DNA of 64,000 nucleotides, taken from Eledone cirrhosa (lineage: Eukaryota). The notes under the pieces are model-generated. The model saw only the letters and a program-made list of their open reading frames with translations, made no database searches and was not told the DNA's origin. Shown here piece after piece: positions 15,001 through 28,600 of the stretch. How positions within the stretch are numbered: the stretch's first letter is position 1; every line of letters begins with the position of its first letter. Location: positions 59,396,001 through 59,460,000 of the forward strand of contig OZ024745.1 in assembly GCA_964016885.1 (NCBI GenBank), written 5' to 3'. The position numbers and the translations under genes were made by a program.

Positions 15001-18000
15001 TGGAGTGAAAACCTCGACTTGGAGTGAAAACCTCGACTTGGAGTGAAAACCTCGACTTGGAGTGAAAACCTCGATTTGGAGTGAAAACCTAGACTTGGAG
15101 TGAAAACCTCGATTTGGAGTGAAAACCTCGATTTGGAGTGAAAACCTCGATTTGGAGTGAAAACCTCGACTTGGAGTGAAAACCTCGACTTGGAGTGAGA
15201 ACCTCGACTTGGAGTGAGAACCTCGAGTTGGAGTGAAAACCTCGACTTGGAGTGAGAACCTCGACTTGGAGTGAGAACCTCGACTTGGAGTGAAAACCTC
15301 GACTTGGAGTGAGAACCTCGAGTTGGAGTGAAAACCTCGACTTGGAGTGAAAACCTCGACTTGGAGTGAGAACCTCGACTTGGAGTGAAAACCTCGACTT
15401 GGAGTGAGAACCTCGACTTGGAGTGAAAACCTCGACTTGGAGTGAGAACCTCGACTTGGAGTGAAAACCTCGACTTGGAGTGAGAACCTTGACTTGGAGT
15501 GAAAACCTCGACTTGGAGTGAAAACCTCGACTTGGAGTGAGAACCTCGACTTGGAGTGAAAACCTCGACTTGGAGTGAAAACCTCGACTTGGAGTGAAAA
15601 CCTCGACTTGGAGTGAAAACCTCGAGTTGGAGTGAAAACCTCGACTTGGAGTGAGAACCTCGACTTGGAGTGAAAACCTCGACTTGGAGTGAAAACCTCG
15701 ACTTGGAGTGAGAACCGCGACTTGGAGTGAGAACCGCGACTTGGAGTGAGAACCGCGACTTAGAGTGAAAACCTCGACTTGGAGTGAGAACCGCGACTTA
15801 GAGTGAAAACCTCGACTTGGAGTGAGAACCTCGACTTGGAGTGAGAACCTCGACTTGGAGTGAGAACCTCGACTTGGAGTGAGAACCTCGACTTGGAGTG
15901 AGAACCTCGACTTGGAGTGAGAACCTCGACTTGGAGTGAGAACCGCGACTTGGAGTGAGAACCGCGACTTAGAGTGAAAACCTCGACTTGGAGTGAGAAC
16001 CTCGACTTGGAGTGAGAACTTCGACTTGGAGTGAGAACCTCGACTTGGAGTGAGAACCTCGACTTGGAGTGAGAACCTCGACTTGGAGTGAAAACCTCGA
16101 CTTGGAGTGAGAACCTCGACTTGGAGTGAGAACCTCGACTTGGAGTGAGAACCTCGACTTGGAGTGAAAACCTCGACTTGGAGTGAGAACCTCGACTTGG
16201 AGTGAAAACCTCGACTTGGAGTGAGAACCTCGACTTGGAGTGAGAACCTCGACTTGGAGTGATAACCTCGACTTGTAGTGAGAACATCGACTTGGAGTGA
16301 GAACCTCGACTTGGAGTGAGAACCTCGACTTGGAGTGAAAACCTCGACTTGGAGTGAAAACCTCGACTTGGAGTGAAAACCTCGACTTGGAGTGAAAACC
16401 TCGACTAGGAGTGAAAACCTCGACTTGGAGTGAGAACCTCGACTTGGAGTGAAAACCTCGACTAGGAGTGAAAACCTCGACTTGGAGTGAGAACCTCGAC
16501 TTGGAGTGAAAACCTCGACTTGGAGTGAGAACCTCGACTTGGAGTGAAAACCTCGACTTGGAGTGACAACCTCGCCTTGGAGTGAAAACCTCGACTTTGA
16601 GTGAGAACCTCGCCTTGGAGTGAAAACCTCGACTTTGAGTGAGAACCTCGCCTTGGAGTGAAAACCTCGACTTTGAGTGAGAACCTCGCCTTGGAGTGAA
16701 AACCTCGACTTGGAGTGAAAACCTCGACTTGGAGTGAGAACCTCGACTTGGAGTGAAAACCTCGACTTGGAGTGAGAACCTTGACTTGGAGTGAAAACCT
16801 CGACTTGGAGTGAAAACCTCGACTTGGAGTGAGAACCTCGACTTGGAGTGAAAACCTCGACTTGGAGTGAAAACCTCGACTTGGAGTGAAAACCTCGACT
16901 TGGAGTGAAAACCTCGAGTTGGAGTGAAAACCTCGACTTGGAGTGAGAACCTCGACTTGGAGTGAAAACCTCGACTTGGAGTGAAAACCTCGACTTGGAG
17001 TGAGAACCGCGACTTGGAGTGAGAACCGCGACTTGGAGTGAGAACCGCGACTTAGAGTGAAAACCTCGACTTGGAGTGAGAACCGCGACTTAGAGTGAAA
17101 ACCTCGACTTGGAGTGAGAACCTCGACTTGGAGTGAGAACCTCGACTTGGAGTGAGAACCTCGACTTGGAGTGAGAACCTCGACTTGGAGTGAGAACCTC
17201 GACTTGGAGTGAGAACCTCGACTTGGAGTGAGAACCGCGACTTGGAGTGAGAACCGCGACTTAGAGTGAAAACCTCGACTTGGAGTGAGAACCTCGACTT
17301 GGAGTGAGAACTTCGACTTGGAGTGAGAACCTCGACTTGGAGTGAGAACCTCGACTTGGAGTGAGAACCTCGACTTGGAGTGAAAACCTCGACTTGGAGT
17401 GAGAACCTCGACTTGGAGTGAGAACCTCGACTTGGAGTGAGAACCTCGACTTGGAGTGAAAACCTCGACTTGGAGTGAGAACCTCGACTTGGAGTGAGAA
17501 CCTCGACTTGGAGTGATAACCTCGACTTGGAGTGAGAACCTCGACTTGGAGTGAGAACCTCGACTTGGAGTGAGAACCTCGACTTGGAGTGAAAACCTCG
17601 ACTTGGAGTGAAAACCTCGACTTGGAGTGAAAACCTCGACTTGGAGTGAAAACCTCGACTAGGAGTGAAAACCTCGACTTGGAGTGAGAACCTCGACTTG
17701 GAGTGAAAACCTCGACTAGGAGTGAAAACCTCGACTTGGAGTGAGAACCTCGACTTGGAGTGAAAACCTCGACTTGGAGTGAGAACCTCGACTTGGAGTG
17801 AAAACCTCGACTTGGAGTGACAACCTCGCCTTGGAGTGAAAACCTCGACTTTGAGTGAGAACCTCGCCTTGGAGTGAAAACCTCGACTTTGAGTGAGAAC
17901 CTCGCCTTGGAGTGAAAACCTCGACTTTGAGTGAGAACCTCGCCTTGGAGTGAAAACCTCGACTTGGAGTGAAAACCTCGACTTGGAGTGAAAACCTCGA

Positions 18001-19600
18001 CTTGGAGTGAAAACCTCGACTTGGAGTGAAAACCTCGATTTGGAGTGAGAACCGCGACTTGGAGTGAGAACCGCGACTTAGAGTGAAAACCTCGACTTGG
18101 AGTGAGAACCTCGACTTGGAGTGAGAACTTCGACTTGGAGTGAGAACCTCGACTTGGAGTGAGAACCTCGACTTGGAGTGAGAACCTCGACTTGGAGTGA
18201 AAACCTCGACTTGGAGTGAGAACCTCGACTTGGAGTGAGAACCTCGACTTGGAGTGAGAACCTCGACTTGGAGTGAAAACCTCGACTTGGAGTGAGAACC
18301 TCGACTTGGAGTGAGAACCTCGACTTGGAGTGAGAACCTCGACTTGGAGTGAGAACCTCGACTTGGAGTGAGAACCTCGACTTGGAGTGAGAACCTCGAC
18401 TTGGAGTGAAAACCTCGACTTGGAGTGAAAACCTCGACTTGGAGTGAAAACCTCGACTTGGAGTGAAAACCTCGACTAGGAGTGAAAACCTCGACTTGGA
18501 GTGAGAACCTCGACTTGGAGTGAAAACCTCGACTAGGAGTGAAAACCTCGACTTGGAGTGAGAACCTCGACTTGGAGTGAAAACCTCGACTTGGAGTGAG
18601 AACCTCGACTTGGAGTGAAAACCTCGACTTGGAGTGACAACCTCGCCTTGGAGTGAAAACCTCGACTTTGAGTGAGAACCTCGCCTTGGAGTGAAAACCT
18701 CGACTTTGAGTGAGAACCTCGCCTTGGAGTGAAAACCTCGACTTTGAGTGAGAACCTCGCCTTGGAGGGAAAACCTCGACTTGGAGTGAAAACCTCGACT
18801 TGGAGTGAAAACCTCGACTTGGAGTGAAAACCTCGACTTGGAGTGAAAACCTCGATTTGGAGTGAAAACCTCGACTTGGAGTGAAAACCTCGACTTGGAG
18901 TGAAAACCTCGATTTGGAGTGAAAACCTAGACTTGGAGTGAAAACCTCGATTTGGAGTGAAAACCTCGAGTTGCAGTGAGAACCTCGACTTGGAGTGAGA
19001 ACCTCGACTTGGAGTGAAAACCTCGAGTTGGAGTGAAAACCTCGACTTGGAGTGAAAACCTCGACTTGGAGTGAGAACCTCGACTTGGAGTGAGAACCTC
19101 GACTTGGAGTGAGAACCTCGACTTGGAGTGAGAACCTCGACTTGGAGTGAGAACCTCGACTTGGAGTGAAAACCTCGACTTGGAGTGAAAACCTCGACTT
19201 GGAGTGAAAACCTCGATTTGGAGTGAAAACCTCGACTTGGAGTGAAAACCTCGACTTGGAGTGAAAACCTCGACTTGGAGTGAAAACCTCGACTTGGAGT
19301 GAAAACCTAGACTTGGAGTGAAAACCTAGACTTGGAGTGAGAACCTCGACTTGGAGTGAGAACCTCGACTTGGAGTGAGAACCTCGACTTGGAGTGAGAA
19401 CCTCGACTTGGAGTGAAAACCTCGACTTGGAGTGAAAACCTCGACTTGGAGTGAAAACCTCGACTTGGAGTGAAAACCTCGACTTGGAGTGAAAACCTCG
19501 ACTTGGAGTGAGAACCTCGACTTGGAGTGAGAACCTCGACTTGGAGTGAGAACCTCGACTTGGAGTGAGAACCTCGACTTGGAGTGAAAACCTCGACTTG
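1..19600. repeat. Satellite domain A (variant-defined, approximate bounds)
   Basis: Enriched for the doublet GAGAACCGCGACTTGG/GAGAACCGCGACTTAGAG (e.g. ~955-985, 2873-2905, 8780-8815, 17230-17265), GATAACC monomers, paired GACTAGG monomers 57 bp apart (4245/4302, 6867/6924, 16403/16460) and GCCTT/GACTTTGAG alternating blocks. Confidence 0.7.
10400..16500 (+). repeat. Tandem duplication of a ~2.96-2.98 kb block (156-157 monomers; bounds approximate)
   Basis: Shared rare markers: the 18-bp monomer TGAAAACTCG at 10771 and 13734 (offset 2963) and TTGTAGTGAGAACATCG at 13291 and 16273 (offset 2982). Confidence 0.85.
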
Positions 19601-22600
19601 GAGTGAAAACCTCGACTTGGAGTGAAAACCTCGACTTGGAGTGAAAACCTCGACTTGGAGTGAGAACCTCGACTTGGAGTGAGAACCTCGACTTGGAGTG
19701 AGAACCTCGACTTGGAGTGAGAACCTCGACTTGGAGTGAAAACCTCGACTTGGAGTGAAAACCTCGACTTGGAGTGAGAACCTCGACTTGGAGTGAAAAC
19801 CTCGACTTGGAGTGAAAACCTCGACTTGGAGTGAAAACCTCGACTTGGAGTGAAAACCTCGACTTGGAGTGAGAACCTCGACTTGGAGTGAAAACCTCGA
19901 CTTGGAGTGAGAACCTCGACTTGGAGTGAAAACCTCGACTTGGAGTGAGAACCTCGACTTGGAGTGAGAACCTCGACTTGGAGTGAAAACCTCGACTTGG
20001 AGTGAAAACCTCGACTTGGAGTGAGAACCTCGACTTGGAGTGAGAACCTCGACTTGGAGTGAAAACCTCGACTTGGAGTGAAAACCTCGACTTGGAGTGA
20101 AAACCTCGACTTTGAGTGAGAACCTCGCCTTGGAGTGAAAACCTCGATTTGGAGTGAAAACCTAGACTTGGAGTGAAAACCTAGACTTGGAGTGAAAACC
20201 TAGACTTGGAGTGAAAACCTAGACTTGGAGTGAAAACCTAGACTTGGAGTGAAAACCTCGATTTGGAGTGAGAACCTCGACTTGGAGTGAGAACCTCGAC
20301 TTGGAGTGAAAACCTCGACTTGGAGTGAAAACCTCGACTTGGAGTGAGAACCTCGACTTGGAGTGAAAACCTCGACTTGGAGTGAGAACCTCGACTTGGA
20401 GTGAAAACCTCGACTTGGAGTGAGAACCTCGACTTGGAGTGAAAACCTCGACTTGGAGTGAGAACCTCGACTTGGAGTGAAAACCTCGACTTGGAGTGAG
20501 AACCTCGACTTGGAGTGAGAACCTCGACTTGGAGTGAGAACCTCGACTTGGAGTGAAAACCTCGACTTGGAGTGAAAACCTCGTCTTGGAGTGAGAACCT
20601 CGACTTGGAGTGAGAACCTCGACTTGGAGTGAAAACCTCGACTTGGAGTGAAAACCTCGACTTGGAGTGAAAACCTCGACTTGGAGTGAGAACCTCGACT
20701 TGGAGTGAGAACCTCGACTTGGAGTGAGAACCTCGACTTGGAGTGAAAACCTCGACTTTGAGTGAAAACCTCGACTTGGAGTGAGAACCTCGACTTTGAG
20801 TGAGAACCTCGCCTTGGAGTGAAAACCTCGATTTGGAGTGAAAACCTAGACTTGGAGTGAAAACCTAGACTTGGAGTGAAAACCTAGACTTGGAGTGAAA
20901 ACCTAGACTTGGAGTGAAAACCTAGACTTGGAGTGAAAACCTCGATTTGGAGTGAGAACCTCGACTTGGAGTGAGAACCTCGACTTGGAGTGAAAACCTC
21001 GACTTGGAGTGAAAACCTCGACTTGGAGTGAGAACCTCGACTTGGAGTGAAAACCTCGACTTGGAGTGAGAACCTCGACTTGGAGTGAAAACCTCGACTT
21101 GGAGTGAGAACCTCGACTTGGAGTGAAAACCTCGACTTGGAGTGAGAACCTCGACTTGGAGTGAAAACCTCGACTTGGAGTGAAAACCTCGACTTGGAGT
21201 GAGAACCTCGACTTGGAGTGAGAACCTCGACTTGGAGTGAGAACCTCGACTTGGAGTGAGAACCTCGACTTGGAGTGAAAACCTCGACTTGGAGTGAAAA
21301 CCTCGTCTTGGAGTGAGAACCTCGACTTGGAGTGAGAACCTCGACTTGGAGTGAAAACCTCGACTTGGAGTGAAAACCTCGACTTGGAGTGAGAACCTCG
21401 ACTTGGAGTGAGAACCTCGACTTGGAGTGAGAACCTCGACTTGGAGTGAGAACCTCGACTTGGAGTGAAAACCTCGACTTGGAGTGAGAACCTCGACTTG
21501 GGGTGAAAACCTCGACTTGGAGTGAGAACCTCGACTTGGGGTGAAAACCTCGACTTGGAGTGAGAACCTCGACTTGGAGTGAAAACCTCGACTTGGGGTG
21601 AAAACCTCGACTTGGAGTGAGAACCTCGACTTGGAGTGAAAACCTCGACTTGGAGTGAAAACCTCGACTTGGATTGAGAACCCCGACTTGGAGTGAAAAC
21701 CTCGACTTGGAGTGAGAACCTCGACTTGGAGTGAAAACCTCGACTTGGAGTGAGAACCTCGACTTGGAGTGAAAACCTCGACTTGGAGTGAGACCCTCGA
21801 CTTGGAGTGAAAACCTCGACTTGGAGTGAAAACCTCGACTTGGAGTGAAAACCTCGACTTGGAGTGAAAACCTCGACTTGGAGTGAGAACCTCGACTTGG
21901 AGTGAAAACCTCGACTTGGAGTGAGAACCTCGACTTGGAGTGAAAACCTCGACTTGGAGTGAGAACCTCGACTTGGAGTGAAAACCTCGACTTGGAGTGA
22001 GAACCTCGACTTGGAGTGAGAACCTCGACTTGGAGTGAGAATCTCGACTTGGAGTGAGAACCTCGCCTTGGAGTGAAAACCTCGACTTGGAGTGAAAACT
22101 TCGACTTGCAGTGAAAACCTCGACTTGGAGTGAAAACCTCGACTTGGAGTGAAAACCTCGACTTGGAGTGAAAACCTCGACTTGGAGTGAGAACCTCGAC
22201 TTGGAGTGAAAACCTCGACTTGGAGTGAGACCCTCGACTTGGAGTGAAAACCTCGACTTGGAGTGAAAACCTCGACTTGGAGTGAGAACCTCGACTTGGA
22301 GTGAAAACCTCGACTTGGAGTGAGAACCTCGACTTGGAGTGAAAACCTCGACTTGGAGTGAGAACCTCGACTTGGAGTGAAAACCTCGACTTGGAGTGAA
22401 AACCTCGACTTGGAGTGAGAACCTCGACTTGGAGTGAAAACCTCGACTTGGAGTGAGAACCTCGACTTGGAGTGAAAACCTCGACTTGGAGTGAGAACCT
22501 TGACTTGGAGTGAAAACCTCGACTTGGAGTGAAAACCTCGACTTGGAGTGAGAACCTCGACTTGGAGTGAAAACCTCGCCTTGGAGTGAAAACCTCGACT

Positions 22601-25600
22601 TGGAGTGAGAACCTCGACTTGGAGTGAAAACCTCGAGTTGGAGTGAAAACCTCGATTTGGAGTGAGAACCTCGACTTGGAGTGAAAACCTCGACTTGGAG
22701 TGAAAACCTCGACTTGGAGTGAGAACCTCGACTTGGAGTGAGAACCTCGACTTGGAGTGAGAACCGCGACTTGGAGTGAGAACCGCGACTTAGAGTGAAA
22801 ACCTCGACTTGGAGTGAGAACCTCGACTTGGAGTGAGAACCTCGACTTGGAGTGAGAACCTCGACTTGGAGTGAGAACCTCGACTTGGAGTGAGAACCTC
22901 GACTTGGAGTGAAAACCTCGACTTGGAGTGAGAACCTCGACTTGGAGTGAGAACCTCGACTTGGAGTGAGAACCTCGACTTGGAGTGAGAACCTCGACTT
23001 GGAGTGAAAACCTCGACTTGGAGTGAGAACCTCGACTTGGAGTGAAAACCTCGACTTGGAGTGATAACCTCGACTTGGAGTGAGAACCTCGACTTGGAGT
23101 GAAAACCTCGACTTGGAGTGAAAACCTCGACTTGGAGTGAAAACCTCGACTTGGAGTGAGAACCTCGACTTGGAGTGAAAACCTCGACTTGGAGTGAGAA
23201 CCTCGACTTGGAGTGAAAACCTCGACTTGGAGTGAGAACCTCGACTTGGAGTGAAAACCTCGACTTGGAGTGAGAACCTCGACTTGGAGTGAAAACCTCG
23301 ACTTGGAGTGAAAACCTCGACTTGGAGTGAAAACCTCGACTTGGAGTGAGAACCTCGACTTGGAGTGAAAACCTCGACTTGGAGTGAAAACCTCGACTTG
23401 GAGTGAGAACCTCGACTTTGAGTGAGAACCTCGCCTTGGAGTGAAAACCTCGATTTGGAGTGAAAACCTAGACTTGGAGTGAAAACCTAGACTTGGAGTG
23501 AAAACCTAGACTTGGAGTGAAAACCTAGACTTGGAGTGAAAACCTAGACTTGGAGTGAAAACCTCGATTTGGAGTGAGAACCTCGACTTGGAGTGAGAAC
23601 CTCGACTTGGAGTGAAAACCTCGACTTGGAGTGAAAACCTCGACTTGGAGTGAGAACCTCGACTTGGAGTGAAAACCTCGACTTGGAGTGAGAACCTCGA
23701 CTTGGAGTGAAAACCTCGACTTGGAGTGAGAACCTCGACTTGGAGTGAAAACCTCGACTTGGAGTGAGAACCTCGACTTGGAGTGAAAACCTCGACTTGG
23801 AGTGAAAACCTCGACTTGGAGTGAAAACCTCGACTTGGAGTGAAAACCTCGACTTGGAGTGAAAACCTCGACTTGGAGTGAAAACCTCGTCTTGGAGTGA
23901 GAACCTCGACTTGGAGTGAAAACCTCGACTTGGAGTGAAAACCTCGACTTGGAGTGAAAACCTCGACTTGGAGTGAAAACCTCGACTTGGAGTGAGAACC
24001 TCGACTTGGAGTGAGAACCTCGACTTGGAGTGAGAACCTCGACTTGGAGTGAAAACCTCGACTTGGAGTGAAAACCTCGTCTTGGAGTGAGAACCTCGAC
24101 TCTGAGTGAGAACCTCGACTTGGAGTGAAAACCTCGACTTGGAGTGAAAACCTCGACTTGGAGTGAAAACCTCGACTTGGAGTGAGAACCTCGACTTGGA
24201 GTGAGAACCTCGACTTGGAGTGAGAACCTCGACTTGGAGTGAAAACCTCGACTTGGAGTGAAAACCTCGACTTGGAGTGAGAACCTCGACTTTGAGTGAG
24301 AACCTCGCCTTGGAGTGAAAACCTCGATTTGGAGTGAAAACCTAGACTTGGAGTGAAAACCTAGACTTGGAGTGAAAACCTAGACTTGGAGTGAAAACCT
24401 AGACTTGGAGTGAAAACCTAGACTTGGAGTGAAAACCTCGATTTGGAGTGAGAACCTCGACTTGGAGTGAGAACCTCGACTTGGAGTGAAAACCTCGACT
24501 TGGAGTGAAAACCTCGACTTGGAGTGAGAACCTCGACTTGGAGTGAAAACCTCGACTTGGAGTGAGAACCTCGACTTGGAGTGAAAACCTCGACTTGGAG
24601 TGAGAACCTCGACTTGGAGTGAAAACCTCGACTTGGAGTGAGAACCTCGACTTGGAGTGAAAACCTCGACTTGGAGTGAAAACCTCGACTTGGAGTGAGA
24701 ACCTCGACTTGGAGTGAGAACCTCGACTTGGAGTGAGACCCTCGACTTGGAGTGAAAACCTCGACTTGGAGTGAAAACCTCGACTTGGAGTGAGAACCTC
24801 GACTTGGAGTGAAAACCTCGACTTGGAGTGAAAACCTCGTCTTGGAGTGAGAACCTCGACTTGGAGTGAGAACCTCGACTTGGAGTGAAAACCTCGACTT
24901 GGAGTGAAAACCTCGACTTGGAGTGAGAACCTCGACTTGGAGTGAGAACCTCGACTTGGAGTGAGAACCTCGACTTGGAGTGAGAACCTCGACTTGGAGT
25001 GAAAACCTCGACTTGGAGTGAGAACCTCGACTTGGGGTGAAAACCTCGACTTGGAGTGAGAACCTCGACTTGGGGTGAAAACCTCGACTTGGAGTGAGAA
25101 CCTCGACTTGGAGTGAAAACCTCGACTTGGGGTGAAAACCTCGACTTGGAGTGAGAACCTCGACTTGGAGTGAAAACCTCGACTTGGAGTGAAAACCTCG
25201 ACTTGGAGTGAGAACCCCGACTTGGAGTGAAAACCTCGACTTGGAGTGAGAACCTCGACTTGGAGTGAAAACCTCGACTTGGAGTGAGAACCTCGACTTG
25301 GAGTGAAAACCTCGACTTGGAGTGAGAACCTCGACTTGGAGTGAAAACCTCGACTTGGAGTGAGACCCTCGACTTGGAGTGAAAACCTCGACTTGGAGTG
25401 AAAACCTCGACTTGGAGTGAAAACCTCGACTTGGAGTGAAAACCTCGACTTGGAGTGAGAACCTCGACTTGGAGTGAAAACCTCGACTTGGAGTGAGAAC
25501 CTCGACTTGGAGTGAAAACCTCGACTTGGAGTGAGAACCTCGACTTGGAGTGAAAACCTCGACTTGGAGTGAGAATCTCGACTTGGAGTGAGAACCTCGC

Positions 25601-28600
25601 CTTGGAGTGAAAACCTCGACTTGGAGTGAAAACTTCGACTTGCAGTGAAAACCTCGACTTGGAGTGAAAACCTCGACTTGGAGTGAAAACCTCGACTTGG
25701 AGTGAAAACCTCGACTTGGAGTGAGAACCTCGACATGGAGTGAAAACCTCGACTTGGAGTGAGACCCTCGACTTGGAGTGAAAACCTCGACTTGGAGTGA
25801 AAACCTCGACTTGGAGTGAAAACCTCGACTTGGAGTGAGAACCTCGACTTGGAGTGAAAACCTCGACTTGGAGTGAGAACCTCGACTTGGAGTGAAAACC
25901 TCGACTTGGAGTGAGAACCTCGACTTGGAGTGAAAACCTCGACTTGGAGTGAAAACCTCGACTTGGAGTGAGAACCTCGACTTGGAGTGAAAACCTCGAC
26001 TTGGAGTGAGAACCTCGACTTGGAGTGAAAACCTCGACTTGGAGTGAGAACCTTGACTTGGAGTGAAAACCTCGACTTGGAGTGAAAACCTCGACTTGGA
26101 GTGAGAACCTCGACTTGGAGTGAAAACCTCGCCTTGGAGTGAAAACCTCGACTTGGAGTGAGAACCTCGACTTGGAGTGAAAACCTCGAGTTGGAGTGAA
26201 AACCTCGATTTGGAGTGAGAACCTCGACTTGGAGTGAAAACCTCGACTTGGAGTGAAAACCTCGACTTGGAGTGAGAACCTCGACTTGGAGTGAGAACCT
26301 CGACTTGGAGTGAGAACCGCGACTTGGAGTGAGAACCGCGACTTAGAGTGAAAACCTCGACTTGGAGTGAGAACCTCGACTTGGAGTGAGAACCTCGACT
26401 TGGAGTGAGAACCTCGACTTGGAGTGAGAACCTCGACTTGGAGTGAGAACCTCGACTTGGAGTGAGAACCTCGACTTGGAGTGAAAACCTCGACTTGGAG
26501 TGAGAACCTCGACTTGGAGTGAGAACCTCGACTTGGAGTGAGAACCTCGACTTGGAGTGAGAACCTCGACTTGGAGTGAAAACCTCGACTTGGAGTGAAA
26601 ACCTCGACTTGGAGTGATAACCTCGACTTGGAGTGAGAACCTCGACTTGGAGTGAAAACCTCGACTTGGAGTGAAAACCTCGACTTGGAGTGAAAACCTC
26701 GACTTGGAGTGAGAACCTCGACTTGGAGTGAAAACCTCGACTTGGAGTGAGAACCTCGACTTGGAGTGAAAACCTCGACTTGGAGTGAGAACCTCGACTT
26801 GGAGTGAAAACCTCGACTTGGAGTGAGAACCTCGACTTGGAGTGAAAACCTCGACTTGGAGTGAAAACCTCGACTTGGAGTGAAAACCTCGACTTGGAGT
26901 GAGAACCTCGACTTGGAGTGAAAACCTCGACTTGGAGTGAAAACCTCGACTTGGAGTGAGAACCTCGACTTTGAGTGAGAACCTCGCCTTGGAGTGAAAA
27001 CCTCGATTTGGAGTGAAAACCTAGACTTGGAGTGAAAACCTAGACTTGGAGTGAAAACCTAGACTTGGAGTGAAAACCTAGACTTGGAGTGAAAACCTAG
27101 ACTTGGAGTGAAAACCTCGATTTGGAGTGAGAACCTCGACTTGGAGTGAGAACCTCGACTTGGAGTGAAAAGCTCGACTTGGAGTGAAAACCTCGACTTG
27201 GAGTGAGAACCTCGACTTGGAGTGAAAACCTCGACTTGGAGTGAGAACCTCGACTTGGAGTGAAAACCTCGACTTGGAGTGAGAACCTCGACTTGGAGTG
27301 AAAACCTCGACTTGGAGTGAGAACCTCGACTTGGAGTGAAAACCTCGACTTGGAGTGAAAACCTCGACTTGGAGTGAAAACCTCGACTTGGAGTGAAAAC
27401 CTCGACTTGGAGTGAAAACCTCGACTTGGAGTGAAAACCTCGTCTTGGAGTGAGAACCTCGACTTGGAGTGAAAACCTCGACTTGGAGTGAAAACCTCGA
27501 CTTGGAGTGAAAACCTCGACTTGGAGTGAAAACCTCGACTTGGAGTGAGAACCTCGACTTGGAGTGAGAACCTCGACTTGGAGTGAGAACCTCGACTTGG
27601 AGTGAAAACCTCGACTTGGAGTGAAAACCTCGTCTTGGAGTGAGAACCTCGACTTGGAGTGAGAACCTCGACTTGGAGTGAAAACCTCGACTTGGAGTGA
27701 AAACCTCGACTTGGAGTGAAAACCTCGACTTGGAGTGAGAACCTCGACTTGGAGTGAGAACCTCGACTTGGAGTGAGAACCTCGACTTGGAGTGAAAACC
27801 TCGACTTGGAGTGAAAACCTCGACTTGGAGTGAGAACCTCGACTTTGAGTGAGAACCTCGCCTTGGAGTGAAAACCTCGATTTGGAGTGAAAACCTAGAC
27901 TTGGAGTGAAAACCTAGACTTGGAGTGAAAACCTAGACTTGGAGTGAAAACCTAGACTTGGAGTGAAAACCTAGACTTGGAGTGAAAACCTCGATTTGGA
28001 GTGAGAACCTCGACTTGGAGTGAGAACCTCGACTTGGAGTGAAAACCTCGACTTGGAGTGAAAACCTCGACTTGGAGTGAGAACCTCGACTTGGAGTGAA
28101 AACCTCGACTTGGAGTGAGAACCTCGACTTGGAGTGAAAACCTCGACTTGGAGTGAGAACCTCGACTTGGAGTGAAAACCTCGACTTGGAGTGAGAACCT
28201 CGACTTGGAGTGAAAACCTCGACTTGGAGTGAAAACCTCGACTTGGAGTGAGAACCTCGACTTGGAGTGAGAACCTCGACTTGGAGTGAGAACCTCGACT
28301 TGGAGTGAGAACCTCGACTTGGAGTGAAAACCTCGACTTGGAGTGAAAACCTCGTCTTGGAGTGAGAACCTCGACTTGGAGTGAGAACCTCGACTTGGAG
28401 TGAAAACCTCGACTTGGAGTGAAAACCTCGACTTGGAGTGAGAACCTCGACTTGGAGTGAGAACCTCGACTTGGAGTGAGAACCTCGACTTGGAGTGAGA
28501 ACCTCGACTTGGAGTGAAAACCTCGACTTGGAGTGAGAACCTCGACTTGGGGTGAAAACCTCGACTTGGAGTGAGAACCTCGACTTGGGGTGAAAACCTC

